This document shows positions 27,245-36,443 of a stretch of DNA of 36,443 bases, in pieces. Numbering within the stretch: the first letter of the stretch is position 1; each line of letters starts with the position of its first letter. A program made the translations under genes and the position numbers. Origin of the DNA: an uncultured archaeon (lineage in GTDB: Archaea; Asgardarchaeota; Lokiarchaeia; Sigyniarchaeales; SOKP01); assembly GCA_964583985.1 (NCBI GenBank), contig CAZOYD010000034.1:1-36443 (forward strand). The letters are read 5' to 3'. The notes under the pieces are model-generated. The model was not told where the DNA came from and ran no database searches. It saw only the letters and a program-made list of their open reading frames with translations.

Positions 27245-28492
27245 TTACCTCCACTTCCTTTGGGGCTGATCGCTCATTGCCATTAAAGTTATGAGATTGA
27301 GTGAGCCACCCCATCCAGATCCAATTGACGTATGAACTGTCTTTGGAACTTGATTGCTCGCCTTGCCCATAATCTGCAACGCCGCTTCGGCTGGTCTTTC
27401 CATTGCGGAAGCACCTATTGCATTGGTTGAATTCACACCACCAGAACAGTTTACGGGTAATTCTCCATTAAAGTCAGTAATTCCTGCTTCGTGCATAGCT
27501 GGTGCAGTACCTTCCTCGAAGAGTCCGAGCTTCTCTGTCCACAAAAGTTGTTGATTTGGGAATGGTGCATACACTTCCGCATAATCAATTTCCTTCCTTG
27601 GAAATGAAATTCCGGCTTGCTTATAGGCTAACTCAGAGGATCGAATCGCACCAAGTTGCATTGAAGGATCAATCTGGGCTGAACCGCTACCATCATAACC
27701 TAATACTGCGCTTTCATTGGCTACGCTTGCGACTCCATTGACATAAACTGGGATATCACACATCTCTTTAGCCTTCTCTTCTGTTGTGAAAAGCATTACA
27801 CATGCTCCATCGCTTGCAGGGCATACCATTCCATAACGTAAAGGGTACTGAACGTATGGCGTGTCTAAAACTTCTTCAATTGTGAGATTGGGCATTTTTA
27901 AATGCGCCCACCATGTTTTTGCAGCATTTCGTCTATTTTGGACAACCACTCTTGCCAAGTCTTCTTCAGAGATTCGTGTTTTATTCATGTAAGTCGTAGC
28001 TTGGTAAGCTGCAACCCCGATAGCTGCTCCTGCAGAAAGTAACCGTGAAATTCGTTCATATGGAATACCAAGTGTGTTAAGAATTGAAATTTCTCCATAA
28101 GCCACACTAGCTAAGCCAACACTGGTGTCTCCTTGAGATTGCTGTTCAAAAGCAACGGCTAACACCGTATCGACTCCAGGTAATCCGGCAGCCACGGTAT
28201 AATAACCGGATATGGCGACGGATCCACCCGTAGTTCCTCCAGTTGTTACGCGTAATAAAGGTTTATTTCTTGCACCCATCCAGTCAGTCATCCATAATTC
28301 AGGTATGTTTGACCCCTCAAAAGCGGGCATGTTACCGTTAACAAATGCATCAATGTCACCAAGTTCCACGCTTGGAGCATTTTTCAAACAATCCTCTATA
28401 GCTTCACTAACTAGTTCAGGCATGCTCACATCAGATCGTTTTGAAGCATGCTCGCTAAACCCGGCAGAAGCTATTGCTACTTGTCTTCCCAT
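27245..28492 (-). CDS. Thiolase-fold protein, Ltp3-like (no nucleophilic Cys)
   Basis: KRSDVSMPELV.EAI, FEG...PEL, KPLLRVTTGGTTGGS, CPASDGAC, AEVYAPF and SGGVNSTNAIGAS. Start at ATG 28492 with GGAGG RBS, 1 nt after the upstream stop. Confidence 0.85.
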   Translation of the reverse strand: MGRQVAIASAGFSEHASKRSDVSMPELVSEAIEDCLKNAPSVELGDIDAFVNGNMPAFEGSNIPELWMTDWMGARNKPLLRVTTGGTTGGSVAISGYYTVAAGLPGVDTVLAVAFEQQSQGDTSVGLASVAYGEISILNTLGIPYERISRLLSAGAAIGVAAYQATTYMNKTRISEEDLARVVVQNRRNAAKTWWAHLKMPNLTIEEVLDTPYVQYPLRYGMVCPASDGACVMLFTTEEKAKEMCDIPVYVNGVASVANESAVLGYDGSGSAQIDPSMQLGAIRSSELAYKQAGISFPRKEIDYAEVYAPFPNQQLLWTEKLGLFEEGTAPAMHEAGITDFNGELPVNCSGGVNSTNAIGASAMERPAEAALQIMGKASNQVPKTVHTSIGSGWGGSLNLITLMAMSDQPQRKWR

Positions 28493-28493
28493 T

Positions 28494-29633
28494 TTAATTT
28501 GCCTCCAATACATATAAAATATTATTTTGGGCACACATTCCTATTTGTCCCGATGCTACTGCTTTTTTAGCACCCTTTACTTGATATTGCCCTGCTTCAC
28601 CGGTTAATTGCTTAACCGCTTCAATAATGCGGATTAACCCCGTTCCACAGGGAGGATGCCCGCCAAGAGCACCTCCAGAAGGGTTTATTGGTAAATCTCC
28701 ATTTATTGCAGAATTAATTTCAGCTCCTTTTCCCTTCTTAGCAAATCCTAATTCTTCGGCAAAAATCAATTCTTCATGGGCACATGCTTCAAATAGTTCT
28801 GCTACATCGATTTCTGAACTTGGATCCTTAATGCCAGCACCAGCATATGCCATTTTTCCAGCTAAGTTCATTGATTTGCATCCAGATAAGTCACGATCCC
28901 CTAAATAATAAGGCTCTTGGCTGTATCCTACACCTTTTATCCACACGGGTCTATCAGTAATCTTTAAAGCTTGTTTTTCAGGTGCTAATAACAATGCTGC
29001 CACGCTATCACATGGTGGAGCTGCCATCAATTCGGTGACTGGATCAGAATATATCCCAGAATCTAAAACGTCCTTAACCGTTAAATTTGGTAATTGAGCC
29101 TCCTTCAGTGCTAATGGATTTTTAGCAGCATTTTTTTTGTTTTTTACAGCAACTTTCGCAATATCCTCCACAGTAACTCCGTATTTTTCCATATAAGCCC
29201 TCATTTGAAACCCTGCTGAAGTGATATCATTAACGTATGCTAAAGGACGTTCCCAGGTCGGATCCGTCTCATAAAGCCTTGCACTATGATAAGGATAGCA
29301 AGATGCCATGCTACCACCCCATACTAGAGCTAAATTATGGTTACCCGAGAGAACTCGCATTAATCCATATAAAACTGCGTGTGCTCCATCCATTTCAACC
29401 TTACTCTCATCAGCCATATATCCACCTCCAACTTCAACGGTAAAGCAATTAGAAATGGTGCGACCGTCATAATAATCATTTGTACAAGAAATAACTGTTG
29501 AAATGTCTTTTTTCTTTAGTCCAGCTTTATCTAAAGCACCTCGAGATGCCTCAAAAATCATTTCATAGCGCCCGTAATTTGCGTCTGAATATAATTTAAC
29601 CTGATAATAACCTACTATTCCAACTTTTTGCAT
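28494..29633 (-). CDS. Thiolase-fold protein, Ltp4-like (no nucleophilic Cys)
   Basis: DYYDGRTIS, ESKVEMDGA and PINPSGGALGGHP; GGAGGTG RBS. Confidence 0.85.
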   Translation of the reverse strand: MQKVGIVGYYQVKLYSDANYGRYEMIFEASRGALDKAGLKKKDISTVISCTNDYYDGRTISNCFTVEVGGGYMADESKVEMDGAHAVLYGLMRVLSGNHNLALVWGGSMASCYPYHSARLYETDPTWERPLAYVNDITSAGFQMRAYMEKYGVTVEDIAKVAVKNKKNAAKNPLALKEAQLPNLTVKDVLDSGIYSDPVTELMAAPPCDSVAALLLAPEKQALKITDRPVWIKGVGYSQEPYYLGDRDLSGCKSMNLAGKMAYAGAGIKDPSSEIDVAELFEACAHEELIFAEELGFAKKGKGAEINSAINGDLPINPSGGALGGHPPCGTGLIRIIEAVKQLTGEAGQYQVKGAKKAVASGQIGMCAQNNILYVLEAN

Positions 29634-29646
29634 TCTATCGCACCTC

Positions 29647-30108
29647 CTAAACCTTTATGAAACCCTTGATATCCGAAGGGTCTCCTTTAGTATTTTCGTT
29701 CCATTCGATTTTAACTTTCATGCCAATTTTTACATCTTTAGGTTCCATGTTCAATAATCTATAGATTATTGATGTATTGCTACCATCAATTTGAACTATG
29801 CCAATTATCCAATCTTTTGCTTTTCTCGAGCTCCTATCATTAATCCGATATGGAGTTATCGTGAAATTCTTGAGAATTCCCGTATCTGGCAAATCAACCC
29901 AGTTTTCTTCTAACGGAATCACTACATTGCACTGGCCACAAATTTTTCTTGGTGGTACAAACACATCTCCACATTTTGGACACTTATTTCCCATAATTTT
30001 TTTATTTTCCAATCCATCATAGAATTTATCTAAATACTGTCCAACCCAAAATGCAAAATCTGCTCGAACAAGACCCTTATTTGCAACTATAACTTTTTCT
30101 TCACTCAT
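29647..30108 (-). CDS. DUF35 Zn-ribbon/OB-fold protein
   Basis: CPKC..VFVPPRKICGQC and VKIGMKVKIEW. Confidence 0.9.
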   Translation of the reverse strand: MSEEKVIVANKGLVRADFAFWVGQYLDKFYDGLENKKIMGNKCPKCGDVFVPPRKICGQCNVVIPLEENWVDLPDTGILKNFTITPYRINDRSSRKAKDWIIGIVQIDGSNTSIIYRLLNMEPKDVKIGMKVKIEWNENTKGDPSDIKGFIKV

Positions 30109-30313
30109 TTTAATTTCATTTTTTGGATGATTAATATGATTATTAATATGTATCTATTGCATATATATTATTTTTATACGATATCCTTTAGAATTAATAC
30201 GAGGATAATATTCGCAATTTTATACCGTATGGTCTACATAATACATATATCCTAAATTTCTATAACGAATATTTAAGTTAGGAAATAATTTATAAGGAGT
30301 TGTGAAAGTAGAA

Positions 30314-30655
30314 ATGACAAGATTTTGGAAAAAGGTGGAGGATGATCTCTTAAGATCACCAGAAGAAACAATGGGATTCTCTAATGAACTAACATCACTC
30401 AAACAAAATTTTGTAATTAAGAAATTTGATTTTTCTTCTCTTGATCAAGTTGCGCAAATCAAGAAAGAGCTATTGAGCCGAAAGATTTTGATCATTAATG
30501 CACAAGATCTTCTTAAAAACGTGGACGTTACAAAATTAAAACGAGGAATAGAAGATCTAAAGATATTTTTAAGAGAGAATGGGGGTTCAATGGCTAGACT
30601 TGGAGAACAGTATCTCATCATGACTCCTAACTCTTATATAAAAATTTCCAATTAG
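30314..30655 (+). CDS. sepF: Archaeal-type cell division protein SepF
   Basis: IKKELL..KILIIN, L.R.IEDLK, and GGSMARLGEQYLIMTP..IKI, which matches the archaeal SepF C-terminal GG(D)I...TP signature. ATG 30314, alternative GTG 30302. Confidence 0.75.
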   Translation: MTRFWKKVEDDLLRSPEETMGFSNELTSLKQNFVIKKFDFSSLDQVAQIKKELLSRKILIINAQDLLKNVDVTKLKRGIEDLKIFLRENGGSMARLGEQYLIMTPNSYIKISN

Positions 30656-30734
30656 ATTAATTAGACCCCTTCGGCTAACCTTTAAATTTGATTGCATAAT
30701 CTTTTATATCAATCAGTAATTTTAAGGTGAAAAT

Positions 30735-31595
30735 ATGGAAACTCGTGTTTTTGGTAGAACCAACGCAAAAATTACAATAATTACCATGGGAGGATGTGGT
30801 CTCGGATATGTCGATCAAAATGAGGCTGACAATGCTGTTAAGCTTGCGATGGATCATGGAGTTAACATGATAGATGTGGCTCCAACTTATGGTAAAGCAG
30901 AAGAACGGTTGAAACCATGGATACAAGAATACCGGGACAAGTTTTTTTTAGCAGAAAAAACGATGAAAAGAACTAAGAAAGGGGCTTGGAAACAACTTAA
31001 CCGATCTTTAGAGCGTCTTGATACGACTCACTTTGATTTATACCAATTTCATGCGGTCTCTTCAATGGAAGAGTTACATCAAATTCTCGGAAAGGATGGA
31101 GCCATGGAAGCTTTCACGGAAGCTAAGGAAACGGGTTTAATAAAACATATTGGTATTACAGGACACAATGATTTAAGAATTCTTCAAGAAGCTCTCAAGT
31201 TATCAGATAATTTTGACACAGTTCTTCTTCCAGTATATGTTGCTTCGCTTGTAAATCCTGATCCCGTTAATGATTTTAAAAAAATTCTTCAAATTGCTCG
31301 TGAGAAAAATATTGGAGTTACTGCTATTAAAGCCATTTCCAAGAAAAGGTGGAAAGGAGATCCCACCTATAACACGTGGTATGAACCTCTCAATTCACAA
31401 GAATCAGTAAATCTAGCCGTATGGTTTACATTATCTCAAGAAGGTGTCACCACTTATTCTTTACCATGTGATGTGAGGATATGGTCATTAGTATTAAATG
31501 CCGCTAAGGAATATAAGAAACTAAATACCGAAGAACTAGAAAACATCGTTAATATGGCAAGAAATGAAGCATTTCAACCACTATTTCCAGAGTAA
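30735..31595 (+). CDS. Aldo/keto reductase
   Basis: GVNMIDVAPTYG.AE, SLERL.T.HFDLYQFH and HIGITGH; AAGGTGA RBS. Confidence 0.92.
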   Translation: METRVFGRTNAKITIITMGGCGLGYVDQNEADNAVKLAMDHGVNMIDVAPTYGKAEERLKPWIQEYRDKFFLAEKTMKRTKKGAWKQLNRSLERLDTTHFDLYQFHAVSSMEELHQILGKDGAMEAFTEAKETGLIKHIGITGHNDLRILQEALKLSDNFDTVLLPVYVASLVNPDPVNDFKKILQIAREKNIGVTAIKAISKKRWKGDPTYNTWYEPLNSQESVNLAVWFTLSQEGVTTYSLPCDVRIWSLVLNAAKEYKKLNTEELENIVNMARNEAFQPLFPE

Positions 31596-31668
31596 ATAAT
31601 TTTAAAACAAGAATTCATGAGAGTGAATTTATTTTTTTCCTTTATAAAGAAACACATAATCACGATTC

Positions 31669-32043
31669 ATGATGTATCAACAAGAAATTAAGATGAAAGA
31701 AAATAGAAGTTTTGTGAAGTGCGCTATATGCAAACAAGAAATAATTGGAAAACATCGATTTATAGAATTAGCAATGAATTACGGAGTAATTTGTCCTGAA
31801 TGTGATAGCAAGTTTAATGACGATGAGATTGAATTAATTTCAAATATCTTAACCGCTTTTGGAGGATATTTTGGTTCCAAAAAAGGCATTTCTGAGAATT
31901 CAACAAATCAGATAATGAAAAAGTTGTCAAACCTATACAAGGAATGTGAAAAAAACATCGATATAAATGCACTTGATATAAAAATACTTCATCAAGCGTT
32001 ACTTCACGGAATTTCTCCAAGCCAAATTGTTCAAGGATTTTAA
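31669..32043 (+). CDS. Hypothetical protein with N-terminal C4 zinc finger
   Basis: CAIC-x(19)-CPEC, then a helical region with AFGGYFG. Confidence 0.65.
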   Translation: MMYQQEIKMKENRSFVKCAICKQEIIGKHRFIELAMNYGVICPECDSKFNDDEIELISNILTAFGGYFGSKKGISENSTNQIMKKLSNLYKECEKNIDINALDIKILHQALLHGISPSQIVQGF

Positions 32044-32229
32044 TATTAGAGATCATGTAATATGCTCTCTTAGATCAAGAGAGTCTCTCCAATAGAGAAC
32101 TTTTATTGTTAAATTGATTCAAATTCAATAAGATTAAACTCCTTAAATCTTGCAGAATAGTTAAAAATTATAAGATCTCTCATTTTATACATCATATATA
32201 GTTTACATCAATTAATTAATTCAATTGAA

Positions 32230-33330
32230 ATGTTAAATAATAAGTTAAAGATCGGAATTATAGGCTGTGGAACAGTTGCGAATATTGGTCATTTACCTGT
32301 ATACCATAAATCACCGCTTGCTGAAATCGTAGCTCTTTCAGATCCCCTTGAATCTCACTTAAAGCATGCTCAACAACGTTATAGAGTCCCTAAAACATAT
32401 GAAAATCCCGTGGATTTGTTAGATGATCCCAAGATTGAGGCTGTGAGCATATGTTCTCCTCATTGGTTCCACGCTGACCAAGTAATTAGAGCTGCTGAAA
32501 ATGGGAAACATATTTTATGTGAAAAACCTATTGGTATAAACTTAGATCAAGTAAATGCTATGATTAAAGCTGTAGAGAAACACGATGTAATTTTTCAAAC
32601 AGCAACTCAGAAGCGATTTGATTTAGGATTTCAATTTCTTAAAGAAAAAATAAATGAAAAAGAGATAGGTAATGTTTTTCATACGGCAATCTCTTGGTAT
32701 CATTCAATGCCAGATCTTGGAGCTAGTCCAAGCCAAGATGTAATTCAAGAAGCGGGTTTATGGAGAATGACTGATGAAAAATGTGGAGGTGGAGATCTTC
32801 TGGATCATGGACCACATTATTTTGATTTATTTAGATGGTGGTTTGGAGATGTTAAAACTGTTAGTGCTCAGATTAGAAGAATAAATCAAAATCGAGTTAA
32901 TGAGGATCATTGTACGGTTCTTTTATCCTTTAAAAAGAGTGACGTTATTTCAGTTTTCGAGCGTTCTGAAGCTTTTATCGGAAGTACTTATGGAGAGGAA
33001 TTAGGCAGAATTCATGGGACTACAGGTACTTATTTTTTCAATGTTCCAAACGAATACTTCCTTAAACCGATGACAATTAAAAAGCGTTTTAGAGCCACCA
33101 AGACAAGTAAACTTTCAGAAGAAGAAAAAACCTTCCCAAAGGATCGTTGGAACGTTGCATATGCTCGAGAAGTACGGAGTTTCATAAATCAAGTATTAGG
33201 AAGATCAAATGAGGATGTTGGATTTCCTGAAGAATGGATTCCAACCATTCAAGATGGTAGAGCTGGTTTGGAAATCGTTCTCGCTTCTTATGAATCTCAA
33301 AGAACTCAAACCACTATTGAATTACCATGA
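32230..33330 (+). CDS. Gfo/Idh/MocA family oxidoreductase
   Basis: IGIIGCG, GKHILCEKP and GGGDLLDHGPHYFD. Confidence 0.93.
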   Translation: MLNNKLKIGIIGCGTVANIGHLPVYHKSPLAEIVALSDPLESHLKHAQQRYRVPKTYENPVDLLDDPKIEAVSICSPHWFHADQVIRAAENGKHILCEKPIGINLDQVNAMIKAVEKHDVIFQTATQKRFDLGFQFLKEKINEKEIGNVFHTAISWYHSMPDLGASPSQDVIQEAGLWRMTDEKCGGGDLLDHGPHYFDLFRWWFGDVKTVSAQIRRINQNRVNEDHCTVLLSFKKSDVISVFERSEAFIGSTYGEELGRIHGTTGTYFFNVPNEYFLKPMTIKKRFRATKTSKLSEEEKTFPKDRWNVAYAREVRSFINQVLGRSNEDVGFPEEWIPTIQDGRAGLEIVLASYESQRTQTTIELP

Positions 33331-33588
33331 AATTACAAAGCTAGATCAAATGCCAAGGATTTCCAAAACCAGATTAGGGGTTAAATACGGTCAATTTTTT
33401 ATTAAACCTTACCTATATTATGGATAAAAAAATCATTTTTTCTTTCTCTAGCAATTTTTTAAATTGTGTGGAATTTGGGCAAATATTAAAATAGCTTTTA
33501 AAAATTCAACTTTTAAATATTTTAAATTCTAATTTTCTCTTATTGCATTATATAGAAAAATGAATAGATAAAATTAAATGTGAGATTA

Positions 33589-33906
33589 ATGATTGCGAGA
33601 TTATGGCATGGTTGGACTACTTTTGAAAATGCTAAGTTATATGAAGAAATGTTGAAAACTAAAATTTTTCCTTCCATTCAAGAAAAAGGCGTAAAAGGAT
33701 ATCGGAAAATAAGTTTATTGAAACGTCTCTTGAAAGATGAGGTTGAGTTTATTACTATAATGATTTTTGATAATATCAAAGCAGTAAAAGAGTTTGCAGG
33801 AGAAGAGTATGAAAAATCATATGTACCTCAAATAGCGAGGGATGTTCTATTACGACACGATCAATCCTCTCAGCATTATGAAATAATTGGTGAATTTGAA
33901 TATTAA
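33589..33906 (+). CDS. Antibiotic biosynthesis monooxygenase-like (dimeric alpha/beta barrel) protein
   Basis: MIARLWHGWT, EF.TI..FD...AV..FAGEEYE..YVP and HYE. Confidence 0.8.
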   Translation: MIARLWHGWTTFENAKLYEEMLKTKIFPSIQEKGVKGYRKISLLKRLLKDEVEFITIMIFDNIKAVKEFAGEEYEKSYVPQIARDVLLRHDQSSQHYEIIGEFEY

Positions 33907-33918
33907 ACAAAATTCGGT

Positions 33919-35019
33919 TCAATTTGGTTGTTTTTTTTTCTTTCCAATTTGATATCGGAGAACTGAAGGCATGATTTTCCTCATGATATGGAGCCTATCC
34001 TTGAACGACATTTGACTTAAAAGCCCAAATATCCACTGTCGTGTAGAAATTGGAGACTTTTGTGAAAGAAAAGGATTATTTTCTTTTAACTGACTTTCAA
34101 TACGAGTTCGTCCATTTCCCATCTCAATCACAGGTATTGTGCTTAGATCAAAAGGAATTAAACCTCTTTGAGCCAATTCAATGAAATAACCGATTTCTTG
34201 AGGATTAAATCCCATAAGCTCTGCGGATACTGCATCTGTAATAGCAGTGTTTTTAGATATAGTGAGCAAGTTCCATTCAACGGGAGTTACTTTAACATTT
34301 TCGATCATTGCTCCTGCATAACGACCACCGTTAATTCCAACACACGTAACACCTGCTTCATAAATTTTATCTAAAGCATCGACGATATAGCCTTTTAATC
34401 CTAATCCAATATCTGAAAAAGCTAGATGCAATAAATTTTTCTTAGAGAACAAGGTAGAACCCATTATTAGCGATTTTCCACTGAGAGAGAATGGTAAACC
34501 TTTAAATCCGGCTACTTTCTCGGAAAACGGTGCTTTTGGATTGCTAAAACTAATAATTAAGTTTTTTTTATCAAAAAGAAATCCAGGGAGTTCAATGGGG
34601 GGATAATCAAATCCATAATTCAAGGAAACAATATCATTTTTATCCATTGTATCCTTTTCGAGAAAGAGAACTCGAGTTTGTGAATGTTTCTCGATAAGTT
34701 TATGATAACCTAATTTTTCAAATAGAATTTTAACGTCCCGATGGGCTGTTGCTGGTGCCTCGTAAAAAGTAATGGGTTTTCCGGAACAAACTGAAATAAT
34801 TGCTTCAGCTAGCTCAACATTCAAATATGTCGCCTCAAGGGGAACTCCATCGCGGAAAAAGGTAGCACCTAAAGGAATGTGTACAAATATTTCTTGAGCT
34901 TTTTGGATTAGACTTAAAATTCTTGCTTGTTCAAATGCTTTATAAATACTTTCATTTAAATCCTGATTTTCCATATCCACAATTACAGCATTTTCTAATG
35001 ATTTGTTTTCAGAACTCAT
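33919..35019 (-). CDS. Divergent DUF362-like protein
   Basis: IIS.SNPK, LSGKSL.MG..K..LH and TDAVSAELMGFNP..I.Y...A..GL resemble DUF362. ATG 35019 preferred over 35070. Confidence 0.55.
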   Translation of the reverse strand: MSSENKSLENAVIVDMENQDLNESIYKAFEQARILSLIQKAQEIFVHIPLGATFFRDGVPLEATYLNVELAEAIISVCSGKPITFYEAPATAHRDVKILFEKLGYHKLIEKHSQTRVLFLEKDTMDKNDIVSLNYGFDYPPIELPGFLFDKKNLIISFSNPKAPFSEKVAGFKGLPFSLSGKSLIMGSTLFSKKNLLHLAFSDIGLGLKGYIVDALDKIYEAGVTCVGINGGRYAGAMIENVKVTPVEWNLLTISKNTAITDAVSAELMGFNPQEIGYFIELAQRGLIPFDLSTIPVIEMGNGRTRIESQLKENNPFLSQKSPISTRQWIFGLLSQMSFKDRLHIMRKIMPSVLRYQIGKKKKQPN

Positions 35020-35191
35020 TCTTTTAACCACTTTTTTTAATTCAATTCTTACGTAAAAAAAATTATTCATTGTTATTAAATTACTTATTTAAAAACTAAG
35101 GGGCATAAAAAGCGTGTAAATCTAAACCTTATATTAGTTCGGAAAAACTTTATTAACAATAAGATTATTAGGAGAATTAAGGTGATAAAAT

Positions 35192-35395
35192 ATGCCAATC
35201 GTTCATGTCAACATGTGGAAAGGAATTTCTGAGGATAATGTAAAACAATTAATAGCAGGAATAACTAAAGTGTTTACTGATATGGGTATTCCTGCCCTAG
35301 CAGTAGAAGTTCTTATCCATGAAGTTCCTAAAGCTCATTGGGGAATAGAAGGGAAACCAGCTACAGAATCCCGTCCAGATGCACAACCATTGTAG
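35192..35395 (+). CDS. 4-oxalocrotonate tautomerase family protein
   Basis: N-terminal Pro (MPIVHV) and V.IHEVPK.HWGIEG; AAGGTGAT RBS. Confidence 0.92.
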   Translation: MPIVHVNMWKGISEDNVKQLIAGITKVFTDMGIPALAVEVLIHEVPKAHWGIEGKPATESRPDAQPL

Positions 35396-35478
35396 GGGAA
35401 AATAACTTTTTTATCTTATTTTTTATTCATTAACCTACTTTCTATAAGGTTATAGAGATATAGGAAATAAAATTAAAA

Positions 35479-36381
35479 TTATTTGCTTTTGCCAAATATA
35501 AACTTAAAAAAGATCTTCAATTTCGTAGGATATGGGAATATAGCTGGAACTTTTTTTTGGTATTCAATATAAGAATCTCCAAATCGCTTAATTAACTCTT
35601 TTTCTTCTATAAAATAGATGTGGAAGGAAAAACCAAGATAATATATAATAAAAAACAACACATGGTAGAGATTAAATTGCAAAATGAAACCAGCAGTACA
35701 TAAGTAAATTAATCCAGAATACATCGGATGGCGTATTACTGAATATATCTCATGTTCTTGAAGTGAGCTCTCTTCGGGAAAATATAAATAAATTACTGTC
35801 ATGTAATCAAACCCAAAAGTTGAAAGCGATCGACCCATCATGAGAATTGCGAGGATACATACTAATATTCCAATTACTATCCTAATAACGTCTAATATGA
35901 ATGAAATTGGTAGAAAATACGAAGTAAAGGTTTTAGTAAATAACGCATATACTCCATTTGACCAAAATTGAGAATTTATAGCACTGAAAGGAATGAACAT
36001 GTGAAATGAGATGGCGATTAAAATAAGGATCCCGGCAAATCCAGCAAGAAATACTTTTTGATAAGATAGGGCGCCATATTTAGCTTTTAAACGCTCACGC
36101 CAAAACCACATTTGATACGTCAAAATAATTCCAACAATTTCAACGCTTATTACTCCAATAACTGGAAGCCATGGACTAATCATTCCTAATAATCCTTCTG
36201 AATTGAGTAAGAGAGGGAGATTATCTAAAAAGAACAATATCATGAGACTACTTGATAATATAAATAAAACATATAGTCCAAAGAAGGCTATTTTTTTACC
36301 TGAAAATTTAGGTATTTTTTCCCGGAATTTATCCATTCCTTTTAACTTAATTGTCAATGCACCTTTGCGAAGATATCTCAC
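35479..36381 (-). CDS. ICMT/PEMT-like membrane methyltransferase
   Basis: IYSVIRHPMYSG and EEKEL..RFG..Y..YQKKVP; multiple TMs. Start uncertain (GTG 36381, TTG 36357, ATG 36336). Confidence 0.85.
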   Translation of the reverse strand: MRYLRKGALTIKLKGMDKFREKIPKFSGKKIAFFGLYVLFILSSSLMILFFLDNLPLLLNSEGLLGMISPWLPVIGVISVEIVGIILTYQMWFWRERLKAKYGALSYQKVFLAGFAGILILIAISFHMFIPFSAINSQFWSNGVYALFTKTFTSYFLPISFILDVIRIVIGILVCILAILMMGRSLSTFGFDYMTVIYLYFPEESSLQEHEIYSVIRHPMYSGLIYLCTAGFILQFNLYHVLFFIIYYLGFSFHIYFIEEKELIKRFGDSYIEYQKKVPAIFPYPTKLKIFFKFIFGKSK

Positions 36382-36443
36382 AAAATCGTTAATTTTGGGT
36401 TATGAAGTTTAAATTTTGTGATTCATTTAAACTTAATTTGTTA

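Noticed and set aside
27245-28534. 429-aa version of the Ltp3-like ORF starting at 28534
   Set aside because: It overlaps the upstream gene by 41 nt; ATG 28492 has a GGAGG RBS and matches the family N-terminus.
32057-32098. Short hairpins ctctctt-agatc-aagagag and tctct-ccaat-agaga
   Set aside because: Arms are short and low-complexity; at most part of a terminator.
33209-33427. 72-aa ORF overlapping the Gfo/Idh/MocA 3' end, as a possible frameshifted C-terminal extension
   Set aside because: The oxidoreductase already ends with a normal family terminus (YESQRTQTTIELP), and no slippery site or motif was recognised.
35479-36381. ICMT-like enzyme as a prenyl-cysteine methylase for the small GTPase
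   Set aside because: The GTPase has no C-terminal Cys motif, the genes are 33 kb apart, and ICMT/PEMT-like proteins are widespread in prokaryotes.
2313-36412. Numerous short antisense or alternate-frame ORFs in the ORF track (e.g. 2313-2498, 6419-6745, 10087-10419, 18423-18704, 28212-28517, 30220-30402, 30675-30926)
   Set aside because: They overlap well-supported genes and show no motifs or RBS; they are treated as shadow ORFs.
1-36443. CRISPR arrays, tRNA and rRNA genes
   Set aside because: No regularly spaced repeats and no GC-rich structured intergenic segment were seen; all intergenic gaps are short and AT-rich.

Overview
AT-rich, densely coding archaeal chromosomal DNA. It most likely comes from an Asgard (Lokiarchaeia/Promethearchaeota-like) organism; this is inferred from the combination of archaeal genes (DUF2070, PAC2, archaeal SepF, GGAGGTGA-type RBS) with a small GTPase and two longin/uDENN-like proteins. 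I found about 33 CDS and no rRNA, tRNA, CRISPR array, transposase or integrase. Best leads: (1) a two-gene unit of a small GTPase overlapping a longin-like/winged-helix fusion, with a 13-bp-arm inverted repeat just upstream, a candidate GTPase-controlled transcription switch; (2) a DUF35-Ltp4-like-Ltp3-like-DUF35 operon of thiolase-fold proteins lacking the nucleophilic Cys, resembling the actinobacterial branched-sterol retro-aldolase; (3) a ~2 kb gene insertion flanked by ~95-bp direct repeats that copy the nitroreductase upstream region and 5' end; (4) a serine locus where the class V aminotransferase appears to start at ATT and DUF1015 stands where serB would be expected; (5) an MFS transporter with a large MIT/TPR-like cytoplasmic tail; (6) local gene decay at 19.3-20.6 kb. 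All family calls come from motif recognition by eye; no searches were run.
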